Source: Clostridiaceae bacterium
GTDB lineage: Bacteria > Bacillota > Clostridia > Saccharofermentanales > DTU023
DNA: 64,000 nucleotides
Reading direction: 5' to 3'
Assembly (NCBI GenBank): GCA_012839385.1
Contig: DUNL01000161.1
Location: 1,824-65,823 of the forward strand
Positions 27,412-37,303 of this stretch are shown in pieces (the stretch's first letter is position 1; each line of letters begins with the position of its first letter). The notes under the pieces are model-generated. The model saw only the letters and a list, made by a program, of their open reading frames with translations, ran no database searches and was not told the origin of the DNA. A program made the translations under genes and the position numbers.

Positions 27412-28770
27412 ATGAAGATAGTAGTCTGCGGACTGGGAAAAGTAGGTGAAGTATTAAGCCGTGATCTTAGTCGTGAACAACAGGATGTAATAACTATCGA
27501 CAAAAATGAGCAAAGACTAAGACAGCTTATCATGTCTGTTGATGTTACCGGCATAGCGGGAGGAGGGTCTTTCCTTGATGTACAGATGGAAGCCGGAGTA
27601 AATGAATGTGATGTTTTCATAGCGGTGACTCCCGATGATGAAACTAATATTATGGCAGCCATAACTGCCAAAACGATAGGGGCTAAATATGCTATAGCGC
27701 GGGTTAGAAGTCCTGAATACTTTAAACAATTAGACTTTCTCCGTGAGTCTCTAGGCATTGATATGTTGATAAATCCGGATCTTGAAGCTGCTAAGGAGAT
27801 CAAGAATATGTTTGTTTTTCCATCAGCTTTAAGTGTGGAAAACTTTGGCGATGGCAAGATTTTTATTGTAGAAGCGAAACTGGAAGAAAAATCTCCTCTG
27901 CTTGGAAAAAGTCTCAGAGAGATAGGAAGAAAGCATGGCAATGTCCTGGTAGGAGTAGTTGAACGCGGTGAGGAGATATTTATTCCCGATGGTGACTATA
28001 TTATTGAAAGAGACGATAAACTGTTTGTTACTGGAGAGCCCGGAGAAATATTGCGTTTCCTGCAGTCAATCAGAGGCGTATTACATAAACCTAAGTCAGC
28101 GCTGATTATAGGCGGTAGCAGAATTACGAGATATCTGCTGAAAATGCTTAAAAAGCAAAAGTTGAAGCTCAAAGTTATTGAGCACGATGAGGAAATCGCC
28201 AACCGTTTGGCGGTAAAATATCCTCATGTGGAAGTCGTTTGTGCTGATGGAACTGATCAGAATACCCTGCGTGAAGAGAGAATACAAAATTATGATTATG
28301 TCATTGCCCTGACCGGCATAGATGAGGAGAATCTACTCATCTCATTATACGCGTCCAGTCAGGGGGTTAAGAACACCGTAACAAAAGTTAATCGTACCAA
28401 TTTGCTTAAAGTGCTGGACAATGTCGGCTTACAGGCGATAATTACCCCTAACAAATTAATTGCCGACCATATTATCCGTCTTGTGCGTTCGTTACAGAAT
28501 TCTTCCGGTTCCAGTATTGAGGATTTCTACCGTATATCAGAGGGGAAAGTCGAAATTATACAATTCCATGTGGCAAGTGGAAGCCCGGTATGTGAGCGCA
28601 AGCTGAAAGATTTACCAATCAAATCAGGACTTTTAATCTTGTGCATCTTACGGCAAGGGGAAATAATTTTTCCGGACGGCAATGATTGTTTACAGGCTGA
28701 AGATAGTACGATTGTTGTTACTACTGAACCGAATTTTCAGGATGTTAGAGATATTCTGGAGGAAATTTAG
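27412..28770 (+). CDS. trkA: Trk system K+ uptake protein TrkA (tandem double-RCK form)
   Basis: 452 aa with two Rossmann starts (MKIVVCGLGKVG and ALIIGGSRITRYL), each followed by an RCK_C-like segment. Confidence 0.88.
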   Translation: MKIVVCGLGKVGEVLSRDLSREQQDVITIDKNEQRLRQLIMSVDVTGIAGGGSFLDVQMEAGVNECDVFIAVTPDDETNIMAAITAKTIGAKYAIARVRSPEYFKQLDFLRESLGIDMLINPDLEAAKEIKNMFVFPSALSVENFGDGKIFIVEAKLEEKSPLLGKSLREIGRKHGNVLVGVVERGEEIFIPDGDYIIERDDKLFVTGEPGEILRFLQSIRGVLHKPKSALIIGGSRITRYLLKMLKKQKLKLKVIEHDEEIANRLAVKYPHVEVVCADGTDQNTLREERIQNYDYVIALTGIDEENLLISLYASSQGVKNTVTKVNRTNLLKVLDNVGLQAIITPNKLIADHIIRLVRSLQNSSGSSIEDFYRISEGKVEIIQFHVASGSPVCERKLKDLPIKSGLLILCILRQGEIIFPDGNDCLQAEDSTIVVTTEPNFQDVRDILEEI

Positions 28771-28773
28771 ACT

Positions 28774-30222
28774 GTGAATTATAAGATGGTGCGCTTCGCG
28801 CTGGGCAGAATTATTCTCATCAACGGTCTTTTAATGTTACCATCCGCCGCCATAGCGATAATTTATGGTGAAGGCTGGCAGGGATTGTACCCTTTTTTAC
28901 TGCCGGTGTTTTTGTGCGTGGTGGTTGGAGTTTCTCTCTCTGCCAAAAAGCCATCTACACCTGATTTTTTTATGAGAGAAGGGTTTGTGGTAGTGGGTTT
29001 ATCCTGGCTGCTAATTTCAGCGGTGGGGGCTCTACCTTTTGTGATCAGTGGCTCCATCCCTTCTTTCCTGGATGCTTTCTTTGAGGCTGTCAGCGGCTTT
29101 ACAACAACTGGAGCCAGTATCTTATCCCAGCCGGAGCTGTTGTCACATTCGCAGTTGTTCTGGCGTTCCTTTACTCATTTAATCGGTGGCATGGGGGTAC
29201 TGGTTTTTATGCTGGCTGTCATGCCTAGGATAGAGTCTGACAATGTTTATATTATGAAAGCGGAAGTTCCCGGTCCTATATTCGGCAAACTGCATGCTAA
29301 AGTAAGGAGCACGGCTCGGTTACTCTATGCGATCTATTTGGGAATGACTTTATTCTTGATAATACTTCTTATCGGTGGTGGACTGTCAATTTTTGACTCT
29401 ATGGTGCATGCCTTTGGCGCGGCGGGAACAGGAGGCTTTGGTATTAAGTCTAATTCCATAGCTTTCTATAACAGTTCTTATGTCTATTACATGCTGGCTT
29501 TTGGCATGTTAGCCTTCGGTGTAAATTTTAATCTCTATTACGCGCTCTTGGGCAAAAAGTTTAAAGAAGTTTTTACCAGTGAAGAATTGCGCTGGTATCT
29601 GGGTTTTGTTTTTTCCGCGCTGATTATGATAATTATCAATACTCGGCATTTATATGAAAATTTTCTCATTCAGTTACGAGAGGTATTCTTCACTGTAGTT
29701 TCTATTATAACGACCACTGGATATACCGTGACTGATTATGATAGATGGCCCTTATTTTCGCATATCATCCTACTTTGTTTGATGTTTATAGGCGGTATGG
29801 CCGGATCAACCGCGGGGGGTCTTAAGGTGAGTCGAGTGACAATTTATATCAAATCTTCTCTGGCGGAATTGAGAACCAGCCTGAATCCTAATCGCAGAGT
29901 ACCTTTGACTTTTGAGGGCAAAGCTCTGGATCTCACACTGAAAACTCAGGTTAACAATTATCTCAGTATCTACTTGCTTTCTTTTGTGATACTGCTTGTG
30001 ATCACATCGATCCATGCCCCTAATTTTGTGTCGGCCTTTTCTTCGGTAGCCGCTACCCTTAACAATATCGGTCCCGGTTTAGATGTTGTCGGTCCGGCGG
30101 GAAGTTACGAAAGCTTGTCTGTCCTGTCTAAAATCGCTTTGAGCATGGGCATGATCATGGGGCGTCTGGAAATCATTCCTATACTAGTACTATTATCACC
30201 TAGGACCTGGCGACGGACCTAA
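28774..30222 (+). CDS. trkH: Trk system K+ uptake protein TrkH
   Basis: A 482-aa polytopic protein with filter-like motifs (SGFTTTGAS, GAAGTGGFG, TTTGYT, NNIGPGL). GTG start 3 nt after trkA. Confidence 0.88.
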   Translation: MNYKMVRFALGRIILINGLLMLPSAAIAIIYGEGWQGLYPFLLPVFLCVVVGVSLSAKKPSTPDFFMREGFVVVGLSWLLISAVGALPFVISGSIPSFLDAFFEAVSGFTTTGASILSQPELLSHSQLFWRSFTHLIGGMGVLVFMLAVMPRIESDNVYIMKAEVPGPIFGKLHAKVRSTARLLYAIYLGMTLFLIILLIGGGLSIFDSMVHAFGAAGTGGFGIKSNSIAFYNSSYVYYMLAFGMLAFGVNFNLYYALLGKKFKEVFTSEELRWYLGFVFSALIMIIINTRHLYENFLIQLREVFFTVVSIITTTGYTVTDYDRWPLFSHIILLCLMFIGGMAGSTAGGLKVSRVTIYIKSSLAELRTSLNPNRRVPLTFEGKALDLTLKTQVNNYLSIYLLSFVILLVITSIHAPNFVSAFSSVAATLNNIGPGLDVVGPAGSYESLSVLSKIALSMGMIMGRLEIIPILVLLSPRTWRRT

Positions 30223-30349
30223 GTGAAGCTGAGAAATCAAGGTTGTATAATCAGTCCTGCGGAGAAAATTAAATACGTTCTCCACTGCTTTATGATAAGC
30301 TCATAATAATTATTCTCTTACTGGGAGCAAGGGTCCGCGGGAGGTAAAT

Positions 30350-31543
30350 ATGGAAGAAAATAAGGTCAATGCTGAGACAACTGGCTTAGAAGAAGCGATA
30401 GAACAGACGGAAAACTCTGTCGAGAATGTCAAGGAAGAAGCTTCTCAACTTACTGAAAGTTCATTGCCTCCTCCGGACAATCTAAATTGGCTGCAACGTA
30501 TAGTCTTCAAAAATTTTGTTTGGACAAGGACAAAATCTCCGGTTCCTTATCCCGGCAGACGTTTTCTCGCCAGATTTCTGGATTGGTCTATCTATTATGT
30601 AATCTGGAATTATATTTCTTTGATTTTGATCAGAGGGAAAATTGTGCGCGGACTGCTTCTTATGTATGCCGATACTATGGCGGTTATGGCAATAATGCTA
30701 ATTTTAGAGCCCTTACTACTATCTTTCCTTGGTACTACTCCCGGTAAAACTGTGATGGGACTGCGTATACGTACGGATGAAGGCAATAAACTTAGTTTAA
30801 AAGATGCTTTCAAACGTACTTTTCAGGTCTTCGCTGATGGGATGGGTTTTAATATTTTGGTTATAAATCTTTTAAACATGGCTTGGGCCAGACGCAATTG
30901 TTTAGCGGGCAAGGCTTTGTTGTGGGAACAGAAGCATTCCTATACGATTGAAAGTACTAAGCTTTGGCGGGGAATTGTTGCCGGTCTGGCTATTGTCGTG
31001 TTGATCTTTTTTGGTTTACCACCTATTTATCAAGCAGCGCAATATCCGTTACACAGGGGAGACATTACGCCCTTACAATATGTAGAGAATGTAAACGAAA
31101 TGCTGACAAGATCAGGCAACAAATCGGGATACTGGTTAGATGAAAATGGTTTTTGGCATGAAAAAGATGGTTCTTTGCTTGTAGATAAAGACAATCCTGT
31201 ACCTCAACATCAGATGATTGTCGAAAATGGTAAAGTTGTAGGCGTTAAATTAAATATTCGCATGACGGAAGTGGGACGTATCAGTGGTGGAATTGAGCAT
31301 AAAGCCTTGGTGGCTACAGCCTTTATCGCGTCAAGGCGGGACATTAGAATGCAAGACCTGTCAGATCTTGCCAGCAAATTGGTTGATGTTCAGAATGACT
31401 ATGAATTTGATATTAAAGGTATTAAGGTAAATAGCCAGGTTTCTTACTCCGGTTATCAGACAGACGGGAAATATCTTGCCGGTGTCGAATCTAATCCCGA
31501 TCGTTATTTTGAAAATATTTTTGAAGCCTATTTGCAAGATTAA
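30350..31543 (+). CDS. RDD-family membrane protein with an acidic N-terminus and a ~190-aa C-terminal domain of unknown function
   Basis: RDD-like pattern GRRFLARFLDWSIYY...TPGKTVMGLRIRTDEG, at least 3 hydrophobic helices, and SD GGGAGG. An extended -10 (TGTATAAT) lies about 100 nt upstream. Confidence 0.6.
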   Translation: MEENKVNAETTGLEEAIEQTENSVENVKEEASQLTESSLPPPDNLNWLQRIVFKNFVWTRTKSPVPYPGRRFLARFLDWSIYYVIWNYISLILIRGKIVRGLLLMYADTMAVMAIMLILEPLLLSFLGTTPGKTVMGLRIRTDEGNKLSLKDAFKRTFQVFADGMGFNILVINLLNMAWARRNCLAGKALLWEQKHSYTIESTKLWRGIVAGLAIVVLIFFGLPPIYQAAQYPLHRGDITPLQYVENVNEMLTRSGNKSGYWLDENGFWHEKDGSLLVDKDNPVPQHQMIVENGKVVGVKLNIRMTEVGRISGGIEHKALVATAFIASRRDIRMQDLSDLASKLVDVQNDYEFDIKGIKVNSQVSYSGYQTDGKYLAGVESNPDRYFENIFEAYLQD

Positions 31544-31562
31544 AGATCAAATCTAAAATAAT

Positions 31563-33329
31563 TTAGGCAAACTGCGCCTTGTATAAATCAGCATAAGCGC
31601 CGTTTTGGGCTAATAAATCTTCATGTGTGCCCTGTTCCTCAATCTTACCGTTGGCGATGAGAAGAATATTATCCGCATTTTGAATGGTTGATAGTCTGTG
31701 CGCGATTACAAAAGATGTTCTACCGACAATTAGTTTATTGATGGCATCCTGTATAAATAGCTCAGTCCTGCTATCTACATTGGAAGTAGCTTCATCCAGT
31801 ATCAACATTGGCGTATCTAACAACATGGCGCGCGCGATCGTCAGTAGTTGCTTTTGTCCTTGAGAGATATTTTCCGCGCCGTCACTGATAATACTGTCAT
31901 AGCCATGAGGTTGGGCTTCAATAAAATCATCAATATACGCGGCTTTGGCCGCGGATTTAATTTCTTCCATACTGGCCCCCGGCTTGCCGTAAGCGATATT
32001 ATCCCGGATAGTTCCTTTAAATAACCAGGTGTCTTGTAAGACCATGGCAAAAGATCGGCGAAGACTTTTTCTAGTTAGATCTAAAATTGGCTGACCGTCA
32101 ATTAGAATACGCCCTTGCTCCGGGTCATAAAAGCGCATTAATAAGTTAATTATTGTCGTTTTACCGGCTCCTGTTGGTCCAACAATTGCTGTCAGACAGC
32201 CGGGCTTGGTACGTAGATTTAAATCTTTTAGCACCGGTTCTCCCGGAGTGTAGGAGAATGAGACATTCTCAAAAACGACTTCGCCTTTAGCCTCTTTAAG
32301 CTCATACGCGTCTGCCTTATCTTCAGGCTCGGAAGGTTGCTCAAGCAAGTTAAATACACGTTCCGCAGCGGATAATGCGGATTGCAATTCAGCTAAAATA
32401 GCGGCGATTTCATTAATCGGTCCGGAGAATCTGCGCGAATAAAGCACAAACGATGTTAGATTACCCAAACTAACAGTTCCCCTTAAAAACAGCAAGGCGC
32501 CAAACATAGAGACCAAAGCTAGAGACAGATTACTGATGAGGGTAATTGAGGGACCATTTGTAGAAGCCTGGTAATCAGCCTTATAATACGCGTCGATACT
32601 ATCTTCATTTATTTCGCTAAATTTTTTAGCGAAATAGGCTTCCTGGTCATAAGCGCTGATTGTTTTTTGCCCATTGAGTATTTCCTCGACATAACCATTC
32701 ATCTCGCCCAACTTTTTTGACCTGACCCTGAATAGGGGCCTGGTCTTCTTAATGCGATAAATAGTAAATATGACAGTGGCAGGCAAAATAAGTAAAAATA
32801 TTAAAGCTAGGTTTACAGAGATACTTAACATCATGATCATTGAGCCAGTAACAGCAATTAGACTGGCGACAATTTGAACCATATCATGTGACAATGATTG
32901 ATTTACAACATCCAGATCATAGGAGATGCGTGAGACCAGATCGCCGGCCTGATGTGTGTCAACATATGACAGTGGCAATTCCACGATTTTGTTGAAAGTG
33001 TCTTGGCGCATTTCGCGAATTACTTTCTGTGAAACTCTAGCTATCAGGCGGACTAGGATATAATTCAATAATGCGGAGCCGGCATAACAGGCCAACATGA
33101 GTAGAGCTTTAGCGACGGCGACAGAGAAATTTACTTGTCCCGGGACAATTCCCATAGCATCAATGGCCTCGCCACTTAGGCGTGGTCCCATAAGAACTAA
33201 AATGTTAGCAGTGAGGCCTATGATCAATCCCACAAGTAACATGGGCCATTCAGGGCGTAGATAACGGATAAGTCCGGCCATAGTCTTACGATAGTTTTTT
33301 GGTTTTAACAATTTTTCTTCCGTAATCAT
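31563..33329 (-). CDS. ABC exporter permease/ATPase half-transporter (consensus NBD, degenerate signature)
   Basis: N-terminal 6-TM domain. Walker A GPTGAGKTT, Walker B MLILDEATS, H-loop IAHRLST. The signature motif reads ISQGQKQ. Confidence 0.88.
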   Translation of the reverse strand: MITEEKLLKPKNYRKTMAGLIRYLRPEWPMLLVGLIIGLTANILVLMGPRLSGEAIDAMGIVPGQVNFSVAVAKALLMLACYAGSALLNYILVRLIARVSQKVIREMRQDTFNKIVELPLSYVDTHQAGDLVSRISYDLDVVNQSLSHDMVQIVASLIAVTGSMIMMLSISVNLALIFLLILPATVIFTIYRIKKTRPLFRVRSKKLGEMNGYVEEILNGQKTISAYDQEAYFAKKFSEINEDSIDAYYKADYQASTNGPSITLISNLSLALVSMFGALLFLRGTVSLGNLTSFVLYSRRFSGPINEIAAILAELQSALSAAERVFNLLEQPSEPEDKADAYELKEAKGEVVFENVSFSYTPGEPVLKDLNLRTKPGCLTAIVGPTGAGKTTIINLLMRFYDPEQGRILIDGQPILDLTRKSLRRSFAMVLQDTWLFKGTIRDNIAYGKPGASMEEIKSAAKAAYIDDFIEAQPHGYDSIISDGAENISQGQKQLLTIARAMLLDTPMLILDEATSNVDSRTELFIQDAINKLIVGRTSFVIAHRLSTIQNADNILLIANGKIEEQGTHEDLLAQNGAYADLYKAQFA

Positions 33330-33341
33330 TTTCTGTTCACA

Positions 33342-35075
33342 TTAAGCAATATTACTAGTTGTCCCCATTTGCGTTTCAGCTATTTCCTTGTATTCGGGAC
33401 ATTCTGCCAATAGTTCTTCATGTGTTCCTAAGGCCATAATTTGTCCTTTGTCTAGCAGCAATATTTGCTCGGCATGTCTGATTGAGCTTACTCGCTGGGC
33501 AATGATTATCTGCGTAGTTAGGGGGAAATTAACCCTAATGGCTTGGCGAAGTCGTTGATCGGTTTTAAAGTCCAGAGAACTGGAAGCATCATCTAAAATT
33601 AGTATGTCAGGCTCGGAAGCGAAGGCTCGGCTCAAAAGAAGTCTTTGTTTTTGTCCGCCGGACAAATTTACCCCTTTAGAGGCTAATTGGAAATCAAGAC
33701 CTTCTTTTTCTTCGATAAAGTCAGCAGCTTGAGCATGTTTACTTGCCTTGTTTATCTGCTCTTCCGTTAACTCACGTCCGAAAGCGATATTTTCGCGTAT
33801 AGTGCCGCCAAAGAGAAAATCGCTTTGAAAAACAGTGCCGAAGAGTCCGAGCAGGTCACTGGCGGAAAGCTTTCTGACATCTACGCCGCGGATAAGGATT
33901 TTTCCTTCATCAACATCATATTGGCGTAGACTCAGTCTAATTAAAGTGCTTTTACCGGAACCGGTGGCTCCCATGATCCCCAGTGTTTTTCCTGGATACA
34001 ATTTGAAGCTGATGTTATTTAGATTTTTCTTTTTACCTAAATAGCTAAAACTGACATTACGAAACTCGATTTCCGGCACCTTGTAATTTCTCGCGGGCAA
34101 TTGCTGCTTCTGATAGTCGCTAATAATCTGATTATCATCAATTGGCAAGCTCAACACCTCTGAAATCCTTTTTTCGGAGGCGGCGGCTCGATTGTAGATA
34201 TTGATCATTCTGTTCATGCCCATAAGAGAATTAGTAATCTGAATAAAATAGGATAGAAAAGCCATTACTGTTCCGGTTTGGATCTGATTGATATTGACCA
34301 ACCTCGCTCCATAAATTAGAACCAAAGCAACTCCTGTGAACAATATGAAATTGACAAGAGGCGGCATTTTGGCAATTTGATCAATGGCTTTTACCTCAGC
34401 GTTCTTGACTTCATCATTAGCTTGAGCGAAACGTTCTTGCTCAAATTCAGTAGTGTCAAGAGCTTTTGAGACCTTAATACCGCGTATATTCTCTCTAATC
34501 ACTTGGACCATCTCATCAATCATCTGTTGTACTTGACGAAAGAGGGGAAAAGCTTTGCGGAATATAACGCGTACAACTAAAACCAGCGGTAAAATTAAGG
34601 CTAACAAAACTAAGGAGAGTCGCGGACTTAATAACAGACAAAAGAAAACACCGCCTAAGAAAAGCATAACGGAACGAATTCCCATACGCAAAGTTACGCT
34701 GAGTAGACGGTGCACGATATAAGTGTCAGATGTAAGCCTTGATTCCAGTGAAGAAACTCCCAGCTCATCAATTTGTCTGGCTGATAATGTCAAGGAACGA
34801 TTAAACAAATCTCGCCGAATATTCTTGATAGCGAGAGAGGCTGTTTTTGATGCCATGCGATTGGCCGTAATGTTCAGTAGCCAAGCGCCGAAGGCACAAA
34901 ATATCATTATGATGCCCCACAATATAATTCTGGTCTGATTCCTGGCCGGTACGACTGTATTGACTATATAGGCCAATATCGTGGGTAGTACTACCTCCAT
35001 CAATGTACCTACCATTTTGATCAAGGCATTCCAGGCGACTCTAATTCTATATGGTTTGATATAGGTTTTTAACAT
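33342..35075 (-). CDS. ABC exporter permease/ATPase half-transporter (degenerate catalytic site)
   Basis: Walker A GATGSGKST and signature LSGGQKQR. Walker B reads ILILDDASS (Asp replaces the catalytic Glu) and the H-loop reads IAQRVSS (Gln replaces His). Confidence 0.88.
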   Translation of the reverse strand: MLKTYIKPYRIRVAWNALIKMVGTLMEVVLPTILAYIVNTVVPARNQTRIILWGIIMIFCAFGAWLLNITANRMASKTASLAIKNIRRDLFNRSLTLSARQIDELGVSSLESRLTSDTYIVHRLLSVTLRMGIRSVMLFLGGVFFCLLLSPRLSLVLLALILPLVLVVRVIFRKAFPLFRQVQQMIDEMVQVIRENIRGIKVSKALDTTEFEQERFAQANDEVKNAEVKAIDQIAKMPPLVNFILFTGVALVLIYGARLVNINQIQTGTVMAFLSYFIQITNSLMGMNRMINIYNRAAASEKRISEVLSLPIDDNQIISDYQKQQLPARNYKVPEIEFRNVSFSYLGKKKNLNNISFKLYPGKTLGIMGATGSGKSTLIRLSLRQYDVDEGKILIRGVDVRKLSASDLLGLFGTVFQSDFLFGGTIRENIAFGRELTEEQINKASKHAQAADFIEEKEGLDFQLASKGVNLSGGQKQRLLLSRAFASEPDILILDDASSSLDFKTDQRLRQAIRVNFPLTTQIIIAQRVSSIRHAEQILLLDKGQIMALGTHEELLAECPEYKEIAETQMGTTSNIA

Positions 35076-35147
35076 CGCGGTTTACCTGCCATACAATAAC
35101 AATAATCAAATATCCATCTTATTGACGAAACAAATATCACATAAAAT

Positions 35148-35189
35148 AAAATTTTTAAAAGGCCCCCTACATGCTGTGAGTAGGGAGCC
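35148..35189 (-). terminator. Rho-independent terminator after oppF
   Basis: Minus-strand stem GGCTCCCTAC / GTAGGGGGCC (10 bp, one G-U) followed by TTTTAAAAATTTT, about 30 nt after the oppF stop. Confidence 0.8.
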
Positions 35190-35219
35190 TGGTCACTATT
35201 TATTAAAACTAATATGATT

Positions 35220-36188
35220 TCAGTATAGGATACAAGCTACTTTATGGCCGGGACTAACTTCCTTCAACGGTGGTATGCTTTCGTGGCATTGTTTCTGCAC
35301 ATGTGGACATCGAGAAGCAAAGCGACAGCTATTCGGTGGATTGATAGGGCTAGCTACTTCTCCGGACACGACTAAACGCTTTTTTCTACGGACTTGCTCG
35401 GGATCAGCTACAGGTATTGATGACAACAAAACTTTTGTATAAGGATGGAGAGGATTTCTGTATAATTCTTCAGACTCCGTTTCCTCAACAACAGTTCCTA
35501 AATACATGACGATAATGCGATCAGATATATATTTAACCACGCTTAGATCATGAGCGATAAACAAATATGTTAGACCCAGTTCGTCTTGAGACTGCTTTAA
35601 CATATTTAGAACCTGCGCTTGAATAGATACGTCCAAAGCGGATATCGGTTCATCACAAACAATAAATTCCGGCTCTACTGATAAGGCTCGCGCAATACCA
35701 ATGCGTTGCTTTTGTCCTCCTGAGAATTCGTGGGGGAAACGGGACATGTGGTCTTTGCTCAGTCCGACCAGTCGCAACAGTTTCTCGACTCTTTGATCGA
35801 TTTTATTCGTTTTTGCCAATTTGTGGATACGCATACCTACGCCCACAATATCCTTTACGGTCATACGTGGATTGAGAGAGGAATGGGGGTTTTGGAAAAT
35901 CATTTGCGCGTTCTTACGATAAGCCATATCTTCTTCAGGCGTAAAGGTAAAAACATCTTGTCCGCCGTAAAAGACTTTTCCTGTATCAGGAGTATAAAGT
36001 TTTAGTATGGAACGTCCTACAGTTGTTTTACCACAGCCGGACTCACCAACTAGACCGACCGTCTCACCTCTGTGAATCTTAAAGTTGACATGGTCTACTG
36101 CCTTCAATACTTTGCCTCTGGCAATGCGGAAATACTGCGATAGGTCTTCTACTTCCACCAAGACTTCGCTTTTCTTATTATCGCTCAT
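35220..36188 (-). CDS. oppF: Oligopeptide ABC transporter ATP-binding protein OppF
   Basis: Walker A GESGCGKTT, LSGGQKQR-type FSGGQKQR, Walker B FIVCDEPIS, and a C-terminal oligopeptide-type Cys motif. ATG 36188 lies 5 nt after GGAGGG and overlaps the end of oppD. Confidence 0.9.
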   Translation of the reverse strand: MSDNKKSEVLVEVEDLSQYFRIARGKVLKAVDHVNFKIHRGETVGLVGESGCGKTTVGRSILKLYTPDTGKVFYGGQDVFTFTPEEDMAYRKNAQMIFQNPHSSLNPRMTVKDIVGVGMRIHKLAKTNKIDQRVEKLLRLVGLSKDHMSRFPHEFSGGQKQRIGIARALSVEPEFIVCDEPISALDVSIQAQVLNMLKQSQDELGLTYLFIAHDLSVVKYISDRIIVMYLGTVVEETESEELYRNPLHPYTKVLLSSIPVADPEQVRRKKRLVVSGEVASPINPPNSCRFASRCPHVQKQCHESIPPLKEVSPGHKVACILY

Positions 36189-37257
36189 TTTTTCCCTCCA
36201 TTGCGTCAACAGCATCAATATTTTTTTCTTCTTCTCCGAAGACTTCGGTTCTTTCTACCGCGGGTAATTGAACATCCGGAGCGTATTCATGTAACAACCA
36301 GCAGGAACTGTAATGTTCATCCTTGACTTGTGTGTGGTCAGGCATAGACTGATAACAGATTTCCATCGCGTACTCACAGCGAGCAGCGAAAGGACAGCCA
36401 ACCGGGGGCGAAAACAGATCAGGAGGGGTCCCATCTATAGGTACAAGCTTTTGGTCTTTGGTTGTATCTAAAGTGGCTATAGATTGGATTAATCCGGATG
36501 TGTAAGGATGAGCCGCCTCATAAAAAATATTATTCACAGGACCTTCCTCAATAATCTTACCACCGTACATAACCAGCACTCGATCACACATCTTAGCGAT
36601 GACACCAAGATCGTGGGTAATTAGAATAATGGAAGTGTTAAACCTTTCCTGGAGGTCTTTGAGAATTTCAAGAATCTGCGCCTCAATGGTAACGTCTAGA
36701 GAAGTTGTAGGTTCATCCGCGATAATAATCCCGGGTTGACCGACCAGCGCTATTGCGATCATAACTCTTTGCTTCATTCCGCCGGACAATTCATGTGGAT
36801 ATTGCCGATAACGTCTTTCAGGTTCATTAATTCCGACCAGCTCCAAAATATCCAGAGCTTTCTGTTTGGCTTCGGAACGTGAAACTTTTGAGCGACCGAC
36901 AAAAATCTCTTCAATTTGTTTACCAATTCGCATGGTTGGATTGAGTGAAGTCATCGGATCCTGGAAGATAAAGCCGATTTCTACACCTCTTATCTTCCTC
37001 ATCTCCCGATTAGATTTCTTAATAATGTCTTCGCCCTTATACATTATGCTACCGTTCTCGAAAAAACCGGGCGGTTCGGGATTCAGGCGCAAAATACACT
37101 GGACGGTTACGCTCTTACCGCAGCCTGATTCGCCAACAATTCCAAGTATCTCACCCTCCCTGACCTCAAAGCTGACATCACGTACCGCTTTGACAACTCC
37201 ACCATAAGTTCTGAACGAGAATTCCAGATTCTTAATTTCTAATATAGCTTTAGTCAT
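36178..37257 (-). CDS. oppD: Oligopeptide ABC transporter ATP-binding protein OppD
   Basis: Walker A GESGCGKSV, LSGGMKQR, Walker B IIIADEPTT, and the C-terminal extension GCPFAARC. Confidence 0.9.
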   Translation of the reverse strand: MTKAILEIKNLEFSFRTYGGVVKAVRDVSFEVREGEILGIVGESGCGKSVTVQCILRLNPEPPGFFENGSIMYKGEDIIKKSNREMRKIRGVEIGFIFQDPMTSLNPTMRIGKQIEEIFVGRSKVSRSEAKQKALDILELVGINEPERRYRQYPHELSGGMKQRVMIAIALVGQPGIIIADEPTTSLDVTIEAQILEILKDLQERFNTSIILITHDLGVIAKMCDRVLVMYGGKIIEEGPVNNIFYEAAHPYTSGLIQSIATLDTTKDQKLVPIDGTPPDLFSPPVGCPFAARCEYAMEICYQSMPDHTQVKDEHYSSCWLLHEYAPDVQLPAVERTEVFGEEEKNIDAVDAMEGKNER

Positions 37258-37303
37258 ATTTATCTCCTGCTTTAACCCTTATCTCAGCAATGTTTTGTCA
37301 CAA

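Noticed and set aside
27270-27941. 223-aa minus-strand ORF spanning the ltaE 3' end, the intergenic region and the trkA 5' end.
   Set aside because: The translation is low-complexity and Ser/Pro/Ile-rich with no motifs and no SD. Both sense-strand genes have strong family motifs, so this is most likely a chance open frame.
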